NCBI RefSeq assembly: GCF_964204645.1
Contig: NC_134034.1
Location: 12,164,962-12,228,961, forward strand
Length of the DNA stretch: 64,000 nucleotides
Reading direction: 5' to 3'
DNA from: Tubulanus polymorphus
Lineage: Eukaryota; Animalia; Nemertea
Below are positions 55,005 through 64,000 of this stretch, piece by piece (positions within the stretch are counted from its first letter, which is position 1; each line of letters opens with the position of its first letter). A program made the position numbers and the translations under genes. A model generated the notes under the pieces. The model saw nothing but the letters and a program-made list of their open reading frames with translations, was not told the DNA's origin and made no database searches.

Positions 55005-55128
55005 ATGGGTATGCATAGGCAATTAAACGCGTTATGGCTGATGTTTTTGACGGCCAGTTTTATCGCAATGATCTGGATCGCTGTCAATATTCACCTGTAC
55101 GGTTTGAACTGCGACACTATATGCGCAG
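55005..55128 (+). CDS. GH3/GHDC-like cassette 4, exon A
   Basis: ATG 55005, MGMHRQLNALWLMFLTASFIAMIWIAVNIHLYGLNCDTICA-G; CAG|GTAAG. Confidence 0.85.
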
Positions 55129-55418
55129 GTAAGGAGCGACTGCTTCCAATTATTATCGATTGCAGATTCTAGCCCGCGACGACTATAGTGCTAAGCACGT
55201 TAGGTTGATATAAATAGTAACTAATAGCCTAATAGTGTATAGTAGATTGTTCGGGTAAACAACCTGATTAAGCTACTTTTGACAAGTAGCGAAAGCTTGT
55301 ATTTCTCGTGATACCAGTCTTCGTGTTTTTTTTTTTAATATTTTGCACTGCTAAAAATTCTAGACGACCTCGTACAACCCCGATATTCATGACCTTTGAT
55401 GCTGTTGATGTTTTGCAG

Positions 55419-56626
55419 GTTGCGCATGTTCAGTATTAGTCGTTATAACCGGTATTATCAGTGATATTCGCAGCCGAGATCCCAGTGATTCTCACTCCTG
55501 GTCCAGTCTCTATCACCAATACTACGACGTCGTCAAAACCCTGACCACTGGTAGGTGGCGCTACGCTAAATTCATACGTCACTCGCTAGATGTCGCCAAG
55601 CAACAAGAAGCCTTTCTAGTCGATCTGATGAGGGAAGCAAGTCACACGGAATACGGCAAGACATTTCGATTCACCGAAATTGACGATCTAAAAAGATTCC
55701 GACAGCAGGTGCCACTGTCTAAATACGACAGTTACCGTGAACTGGTGGATAGGATGATAGAAACAGACGCCGGGGACCTGGTCAGTCCGGGTAAAGCCGT
55801 CAAATACGGTATGACGTCGGGAACCACTGGACTGAATAAACACATACCGTACAATAATAAAGCGTGGACAATGATTTATAACTATTTTCATTATTTCTGC
55901 AGATACGTCGAATACAATCACGGTGTAACTTCAAGGGTGGGATTGGGCAAATTATTGGAGCTTCGCATCTCACATAAACTAAAAGTTAACCGTTTCGGCA
56001 AACCGATCGCTGGGGTATTAGTTTTACTTGGTGAGCAGGCTTATTCGGTAAAACCGGACTGTATGCGAGGGCACGAATTGAGTGAATCGGTACAGATGTA
56101 CATTCAGGCGCGGATTGCTTTACAAGAATCAAAACTACAATCCATACAAGGCTCATTCCCGACTATAATGCGCAGTTTCGTTTCCACGATCGAATCTCGC
56201 TGGCAGGAAATCTGTGACGACATCGAACGCGGTACATTGACCGACAAACTCGACCTTGACCTTGACCTGCGCCGTCAGATCGTCTGCCAGCTGAAGCCGG
56301 ATAAAGCTCGCGCTGATGAACTGAGAATGTTGTTCGGTGAAGGTTTTGATAAGTTGCTCAGTCGCGTGTGGCCGGAGTTGCAGATGGTTGCACAGGTGAC
56401 GACTGGAGCGTTCACTCACGAGTCAGCTGTCATCAGAGCCAAATATCTGAACGATTCTGTAATGATGAAGTTTAACTTGTATGGAGGTACTGAGGGTTTA
56501 TATGGTATCACTATGCCTGGTGTTCCTGATGGTCATTATGTTCCGATGTTACCGCTACAGTTTCTAGAATTTATACCTCGTAACGAATGTGAACTCGACA
56601 CACCGACCACCAGATTAGCACATCAG
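55419..56626 (+). CDS. GHDC: GH3/GHDC-like cassette 4, exon B
   Basis: TTTTGCAG acceptor; 1208 nt, in frame with ORF 55628; TSGTTGLNK, YGGTEG; donor CAG|GTTGTT. Confidence 0.9.
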
Positions 56627-56958
56627 GTTGTTAAATTATTTTTCATTATCCTCCAATACTTTTTATCAATAACGTTTCATTTTTTCATTCCTCATTTTCC
56701 AGGCTTCTAGTACTTGTTGTTTTTTTTTTTCAAATAAAAAACCGTGAACTCGGGCCGATGTTCTGACTACGATCTGTTCGGGTCGTTATGCGACCTGAGC
56801 TTGGCTAAAATGTGAGACGATAAGATAGAGTAAAATCTATGTCACGCAATGACGGCAGTTGTTAAACATATCTGTGACGAAATCGCCTGATAATAGTTAT
56901 CAGGATCACGAGACCCATGGAACGGCCTGTGAATGTGTGGTTTCAAGGTTTTTTTTCT

Positions 56959-57085
56959 ATGATGGGTATGCATAGGCAGTTATACACGTTATGCCTGATG
57001 TTTTTGACGGCCAGTTTTGTCACGATGATCTGGATCGCTGTCAATATTCACCTGTACGGTTTGAACTGCGATACTTTATGCGCAG
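56959..57085 (+). CDS. GH3/GHDC-like cassette 5, exon A
   Basis: ATG 56959 (an in-frame upstream ATG also exists at 56917), MMGMHRQLYTLCLMFLTASFVTMIWIAVNIHLYGLNCDTLCA-G; CAG|GTAAG; following intron only 79 nt. Confidence 0.85.
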
Positions 57086-57164
57086 GTAAGGAGCGACTGC
57101 TTCAAATTAATATCGATTGTAAATGCTAGAGTACGCAGAGACTAAGAATGTTAATGTTTTGCAG

Positions 57165-58372
57165 GTTGTGTGTGTTTAGTGTTAGTCGTCATAACCGGTA
57201 TTATCAGTGATATTCGCAGCCGAGATCCCAGTGATTCTCACTCCTGGTCCAGTCTCTATCACCAATACTACGACGTCGTGAAAACACTGACCACTGGTAG
57301 GTGGCGCTACGCTCAATTCACACGTCACTCGTTGGACGTCGCCAAGCAACAAGAAGCCGTTCTTGTTGATCTGATGAGGGAAGCAAGTCACACAGAATAC
57401 GGCAGGAAATTCAGATTCGCCGAAATTAATGACGTAAAGAAATTCCGACAGCAGGTGCCACTGTCTAAATACGACAGTTACCGTGAACTGGTGGATAGGA
57501 TGATAGAAACAGACGCCGGGGACCTGGTCAGTCCGGGTAAAGCCATCAAATACGGTATGACGTCGGGAACCACTGGTCCAAATAAACATATACCATTCAA
57601 CTATAAAGCGTGGAATTCACTCATGAACGATTACCTGTATTTAGTCAGATACACTGAATACAAACACGGTATGACTGCAAGAGCAGGACTTTGTAAAATC
57701 CTCGAGCTTCTAATCCTGCATAAACCAAATTCAAACCGTTTTGGTAAACCAGTCGCTGGTATAATGGTGCTAGTGGGCGAGCAGTCTTATTCGGTAAAAC
57801 CGGACTGTATGCGAGGACGGAAACTGAGTGAATCGGTACAGATGTACATTCAGGCGCGGATTGCTCTACAAGAACCAAAACTACAATTCATACAAGGTCT
57901 TTTTCCGACTATTATGCGTAGTTTCCTTACTACGATCGAATCTCGCTGGCAGGAAATCTGTGACGACATCGAACGCGGTACATTGCCCGATAACCTCGAC
58001 CTTGACCTCAACCTGCGCCAGCAGATCGTCTACCAGCTGAAGCCGGATAAAGCTCGCGCTGATGAACTGAGAATGTTGTTCGGTGAAGGTTTTAATAAGT
58101 TGCTCAGTCGCGTGTGGCCGGAGTTGCAGATGGTTTTACAAGTGACGACTGGAGCGTTCACTTCTGAATCGGCTGTCATCAGAGCCAAATATCTGCACGA
58201 TTCTGTAATGATGAAGGCTATCGAGTATTGGGGTACTGAGGGTTTATATGGTATCACAATGCCTGGTGTTCCTGATGGTCATTATGTTCCGATGTTACAT
58301 CTACAATTTCTAGAATTTATACCTCGTAACGAATGTGAACTCGACAAACCGACCACCAGACTAGCTCATCAG
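57165..58372 (+). CDS. GHDC: GH3/GHDC-like cassette 5, exon B
   Basis: TTTTGCAG acceptor; 1208 nt open; TSGTTGPNK, YWGTEG; donor CAG|GTTTTT. Confidence 0.9.
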
Positions 58373-59160
58373 GTTTTTAAAATCTTTTTACATCATTCTA
58401 TTGGTATATTTCGTCAATTTAGTTTTTTTTTATTTTCATTCCTCATTTCCCAAGTGTTTAGGTGTTTTTTTCTCAGATAACGATTAAAATCAATATAGCT
58501 GCAAGGCAGCGATAACATGTTTTCTACACCTCTTACATTTGAACTCAGGGGAATGACCATAGAATATACAAGGTTTATAAGGTAAATTCATTGCCGGGAA
58601 TTCGAAGCTGATATTATGATAAGAGAAAATAATGGAGAATGTGACTGAAATGGATGTTTGATTCGGATATTCCCGGAGTATTCCATTTATTTTGGCAAAT
58701 GAATAATGCTCACAGCACAAACAAACGAAGAGTATGTGATATCCTACAGCAATTATATACCTACCTACAAGAATCCTTGAAATTGAAATATTTGATAATT
58801 TCAAGTTTTACCTCATTTGTTGATGGTGTTCTGTTCCGTAAATAACGAGTTTAAAATCGGATGCATACCACATACATGGAATCCACTAGTTCAGAGTGTC
58901 TGTTATATTTTAGTCAGAATTTATTATCGCGTCAAGATGCTGCTACTAGTCGAATTTGATAGGACATAAATTTTTAGAACGCTCGCGAAAGGGGAATGGA
59001 AAATAATATCACGAAAATAACAATAGTTTCCTGCGAAGTTATCAGTGATGATAATTTAATTTTCTTTTCTGCGCTCCACTGCGTTTCAGAGCAGTTTACA
59101 TACTTAAGTAAAAAAGTGCTCGATGCTTTATAACGCAGTCCTGTCAGACAACTGGATATA

Positions 59161-59480
59161 CAGTCGACCTCGCAATAATCGTCAATTTAGGGACCGGCTC
59201 AAAAGTAACGATTCATCTAATTGACGGATTAAGTGCATTGTGACTTTCTGACTCATATCACCAGTCTCTGTTTTTCAATATCTACTATGAATGAATGAGA
59301 ACATGCGATGAGGTCGTCGTGATTCATGTATGTATCGATTTTCTGTGTGTATTTGCTACAAAGCTATAGGGTCTGTGTCAAGGCAATATGGCCTAATAAA
59401 CGCGGCACCTGCTGATTAATATTCATTTGTGCAGCGACGGTTTAACTGATATCATTACGTATGAGCAGTACTTATAAACG
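59161..59480. mobile_element. Insertion with Tc1/mariner-pogo-like left terminus in spacer 5-6
   Basis: TA followed by CAGTCGACCTCGCAATAATCG…GGGACC; segment is absent from the otherwise homologous spacer 6-7; right TIR not clearly intact and right boundary approximate. Confidence 0.4.
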
Positions 59481-59613
59481 GACTTGATGTAGCAGTGTCT
59501 ATGCAATAAAATGACAGCTCAGTCGCTATAGATATCTAGCGAAACCGGCCGAACTAGTTTTCTGGCTAAATGAGAATATTTCATTCTGTGACAGCGCGGT
59601 GTAAGGCGTTTTT

Positions 59614-59743
59614 ATGACGTTGGGTATGCACAGGCAGTTATACGCGTTATGGCTGATGTTTTTGACGGCCAGTTTTGTCACAATGATCTGGATCGCTGTC
59701 AATATTCACCTGTACGGTTTGAACTGCGATATTGTATGCGCAG
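59614..59743 (+). CDS. GH3/GHDC-like cassette 6, exon A
   Basis: ATG 59614, MTLGMHRQLYALWLMFLTASFVTMIWIAVNIHLYGLNCDIVCA-G; CAG|GTAAG. Confidence 0.83.
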
Positions 59744-60040
59744 GTAAGAAGCGACTGCTTTCAAATATTAATTATATCGATTGTAAATTCTAGACCAAAA
59801 CACGTGAAGACTTATAGTAATTAGTAGGTTAACTCGATTTTATAAGTAATTTTAGCTTCAAGTGCACAGTGGCTCAATCAGGTTTAATGAAACCCGGCGA
59901 AACATAACTCGTCACTAGTAACGAAAGCTTGCATTTCTCGTGTTACCAGTCTTCGCGGTTATTGATTTAACACCTCTTCAAATTCTAGACGACCTCGATC
60001 AACGCCGATATTTATGACCTTTGATGTTTTTGTTTCGCAG

Positions 60041-61245
60041 GTTGCGCATGTTCAGTATTAGTCGTTATAACTGGTATTATCAGTGATATTCGCAGCCGAG
60101 ATCCCAGTGATTCTCACTCCTGGTCCAGTCTCTATCACCAATACTACGACGTAGTGAAAACAATGACCACCGGAAGATGGCGCTACGCTGAGTTCATACG
60201 TCACTCGCTAGACGTCGCCAAGCAACAAGAAGCCTTTCTAGTCAATCTGATGAGGGAAGCAAGTCACACAGAATACGGCAGAAAATTCAGATTCGCCGAG
60301 ATAAACAACATAAAGAAATTCCGACAGCAGGTGCCACTGTCTAAATACGACAGTTACCGCGAACTGGTAGATAGGATGCTAGAAACAGACGCCGGGGACC
60401 TGGTCAGTCCGGGTAAAGCCGTCAAATACGGTATGACGTCGGGAACTACTGGCAAGAGTAAACACATACCGTACTGTTGTACAGCTTGGAATTCACTCAT
60501 GAACGATTTCTTCCCTTTCCTGAGATACACTGAATACAAACACGGTATGACTGCGAGAGCGGGGCTTCGTAAAATCCTCGAGATTCTTATTCTACAAAAA
60601 CCGAATCTAAACCGTTTTGGTAAACCAGTTGCCGGTATAATGGCGCTAGTAGGCGAGCAGTCTTATTCGTTAAAACCGGACTGTATGCGAGTGCACAAAC
60701 TGAGTGAATCGGTACAGATGTACATTCAGGCGCGGATTGCTTTACAAGAACCAAAACTACAATTCATACAAGGCTCATTCCCGACTATTATGCGCAGTTT
60801 CCTTTCCACGATCGAATCTCGCTGGCAGGAAATCTGTGACGACATCGAACGCGGTACATTGACCGATAAACTCGACCTTGACCTTGACCTGCGCCGTCAG
60901 ATCGTCTGCCAACTGAAGCCGGATAAAGCTCGTGCTGATGAACTGAGAATGTTGTTCGGGGAAGGTTTTGATAAGTTGCTCAGTCGAATGTGGCCGGAGT
61001 TGCAGATGGTTGCACAGGTGACGACTGGAGCGTTCACTCACGAGTCAGCTGTCATCAGAGCCAAATATCTGCACGATTCTGTTATGATGCAGTCTGAGTA
61101 CGGAGCTACTGAGGGCAAATATGGTATCACTATGCCTGGTGTTCCTGATGGTCATCATATTCCGATGTTATCGCTACAGTTTCTAGAATTCATACCTCGT
61201 AATGAATGTGAACTCGACAAACCGACCACCAGACTAGCTCATCAG
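60041..61245 (+). CDS. GHDC: GH3/GHDC-like cassette 6, exon B
   Basis: TTTCGCAG acceptor; 1205 nt (one-codon in-frame deletion before YGATEG); TSGTTGKSK; donor CAG|GTTTAT. Confidence 0.9.
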
Positions 61246-62195
61246 GTTTATGAATATATTTTAACCATTTTACAAGTACTTCTTATCAATTTCGTTTTAT
61301 ATAATTTTTCCATTCCTCATTTTCTAAGCTTTTACCGGTTTGTTGTTTTTTTTTCATAGATAATGATTATGATTAATGCACCTGCTAAGCAACGATAAGC
61401 AGTTTTCCGCACCTTTTGCATATGAAGTTAAGGGATTAAAAAATTGCAAAAGATATTTATTGCCGGGGAATAAAACCTGATATTATAACTGTAGAAAATC
61501 GGTAATGTTACTGAAATGGATATCTGATTTGGGTATTCTCGGTTCCGTCCACTTACTTTGGCACGTGACTAATGTCACAAACGATCAATATCGTGCAGTA
61601 ATTATATCCGAATCCACAACAGTACTTGAAACTGAATTTTCAAGTAATTGTACGTTTTACCGTATTTCTGGGTGGTGTTTTGTTTCGTAAAATAAACATT
61701 TTAAAATAGGATGGACGGTACACATATTGAAACTACTGGTCCAGAAAGTGTGTTTTATTTTTGTCAAAATTTATTATTACGTTTAGAAGCTGTAACTAGT
61801 CGTGTTGACGAGGCACACGTTTTATAGAACGCTTGCTGCTTGACAAGGGAAATGAAAATGACAATCACGAAAATAAACATATTATAGAATTTTCTGCGAA
61901 GTGATAATTACTGATGATGATTTCATTTCATTTTCTCTGCGCTCGACTACGTTTCGTGGCGGTTTACATGTTCAAACGTCAATAAGTCAAAATCAAAAAT
62001 AGCTTTATTTGTTTGATAACGTAGTCGGGTCAGAAACGACTCAGTATTGTTAAATCTATACCATAAAATGAGAGGTCACAGTCTTTAAAGATATCTAACG
62101 AAACCGCCCGAACTGGTTTTTAAGCCAAGCGTAGGTATTTCATTTTGTGCATCGCAGTTTTTAAGGATTTTTAACGAGGGTTTACTGGTGTTTTT

Positions 62196-62322
62196 ATGAT
62201 GGGTATGCGTAGGCAGTTGTACGCGTTATGGATGATGTCTTTAGCCGCCAATTTTTTAACAATTACCCTGACCGTTGTCAACATTCACCTGTACGGTTTG
62301 AACTGCAATACTTCATGCGCAG
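62196..62322 (+). CDS. GH3/GHDC-like cassette 7, exon A
   Basis: ATG 62196, MMGMRRQLYALWMMSLAANFLTITLTVVNIHLYGLNCNTSCA-G; CAG|GTAAG. Confidence 0.83.
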
Positions 62323-62625
62323 GTAAGAAGCGACTGCTTTCAAATAATATCGATTGTACATTCTAGAGTAGTACGCAAGAATAGTTTTTTAGTGGTTAAC
62401 TTGATTTCATTGAAACTATCGCTAGTACATTGTAGTAGATAGTGGCTTCATCGGGTAGATGAGACCTGTTGCAGCTACAATGCACTTAAAGTAACTTGTG
62501 TTCTAAAAACAATCAAGGTTACCTGCCGTTCTAACCAGTATTCGCGTTTATTGATTTAAGACGACTACAAATTCTAGACGAACACAATCAACCCTCATAT
62601 GACGTTTGATGTCGTTGTTTTGCAG

Positions 62626-63833
62626 GTTGTGTGTCTTTAGTGTTAATCGTTATAACCGGTATTATCAGTGATATTCGCAGACGAGATCCCAGTGATTCTC
62701 ACTCCTGGTCCAGTCTCTATCGTCAATACCGATGCGTAGTAATAACGCTTATCACCGGAAGATGGCGCTACGCTCAATTCACACGTCACTCGCTGGACGT
62801 CGCCAAGCAACAAGAAGCCGTTCTTGTTGATCTGATGAGGGAAGCAAGTCACACAGAATACGGCAGGAAATTCAGATTCGCCAAAATTGACGACGTAAAG
62901 AAATTCCGACAGCAGGTGCCACTGTCTAAATACGACAGTTACCGTGAACTGGTGGATAGGATGATAGAAACAGACGCCGGGGACCTGGTCAGTCCGGGTA
63001 AAGCCGTCAAATACGGTATGACGTCGGGAACTACAGGCAGGAGTAAACACATACCGTACAATAATAAAGCGTGGAAAATGCTGTTTAGTTATTATCATTA
63101 TTTCTTCAGGTACATTGAGTGCAAACACGATGTCACATCAAGAGTGGGTTTGGGAAAAATATTGGAGCTACGTATGTTACATCGACCGATTCTAAACCGC
63201 TTCGGTAGGGCAGTAGCTGGGGCATTAGTTTTACTAGGTGAACAGGCTTATTCGGTAAAACCGGACTGTATGCGAGGGCAAAAACTGAGTGAATCGGTAC
63301 AGATGTACATTCAGGCGCGGATTGCTTTACAAGAACCAAAACTACAATTCATACAAGGCTCATTCCCGACTATAATGCGCAGTTTCGTTTCCACGATCGA
63401 ATCTCGCTGGCAGGAAATCTGTGACGACATCGAACGCGGTACATTGACCGATAACCTCGACCTTGACATCGACCTGCGCCGTCAGATCGTCTGCCAACTG
63501 AAACCGGATAAAGCTCGCGCGGATGAACTGAGAATGTTGTTCGGTGAAGGTTTCGATAAGTTGCTCAGTCGTGTGTGGCCGGAGTTGCAGATGGTTGCAC
63601 AGGTGACGACTGGAGCGTTCACTCACGAGTCAGCTGTCATCAGAGCCAAATATCTGCACGATTCTGTAATGATGAAGTCTATAATGCACGGAGCTACTGA
63701 AGGTTTATATGGTATCACTATGCCTGGTGTTCCTGATGGTCATTATGTTCCGATGTTACATCTACAGTTTCTAGAATTTATACCTCGTAATGAATGTGAA
63801 CTCGACAAACCGACCACCAGACTAGCTCATCAG
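62626..63833 (+). CDS. GHDC: GH3/GHDC-like cassette 7, exon B
   Basis: TTTTGCAG acceptor; 1208 nt open; TSGTTGRSK, HGATEG; donor CAG|GTTTCA. Confidence 0.9.
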
Positions 63834-64000
63834 GTTTCAAAAATATTTTTACATCACTCTATTGGTATATTACGTTAATTTATTTTTTTTTATTTTCATT
63901 CCTCATTTCCCAAGTCTTTATGTGTTTTTTTTCTCAGATAATGATTAAAATCAATATAGCTGCAAGGCAGCGATAACATGTTTTCTACGCCTCTTACATT

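Noticed and set aside
48772-61245. Cassettes as pseudogenic partial duplications
   Set aside because: No frameshift or stop in any of the 14 exons, all splice sites are intact, the only exon B indel is in-frame, and introns diverge far more than the exon frameworks. Not formally excluded without expression data.
49936-63626. Repeated minus-strand ORFs within exon B copies
   Set aside because: Antisense shadows of the duplicated coding exon
50664-63878. Hydrophobic C-terminal tails of the seven long ORFs read through after RLAHQ (seven complete, tail-anchored genes)
   Set aside because: Tails vary from ~12 to ~77 aa and are T-rich intron-like sequence. Cassettes 5 and 7 are near-identical there yet stop at different codons (CAA vs TAA). 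Such proteins would lack GH3 motif III and the C-terminal domain.

Overview
This is eukaryotic, invertebrate-like animal genomic DNA: spliceosomal GT-AG introns, abundant microsatellites, minisatellites and MITEs, and no obvious CpG depletion. Positions 1-48.6 kb contain no protein-coding exon I can recognise. They hold simple repeats, 30-104 bp tandem arrays, PIF/Harbinger-like MITEs, a Penelope-like inverted repeat and CpG-rich putative regulatory blocks. From 48.6 kb to the window end there are seven intact, tandem, plus-strand two-exon cassettes. Each has a ~125-nt exon A (ATG plus hydrophobic N-terminus) and a 1205-1208-nt exon B encoding the N-terminal part of a GH3-family (GHDC-like, ANL superfamily) acyl acid-amido synthetase. 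Similarity between all seven copies drops sharply at the same codon (…TTRLAHQ, CAG|GTT, phase 0). This is before GH3 motif III (YRxGD) and the C-terminal domain, and no spacer visibly contains those missing exons. The copies are near-identical except at the predicted acyl-substrate pocket, and each is preceded by a conserved promoter-like block. My best interpretation (inference) is a UGT1A/clustered-protocadherin-style locus: variable 5' cassettes spliced to shared constant 3' exons beyond the window, producing a GH3 enzyme repertoire with different substrate specificities.
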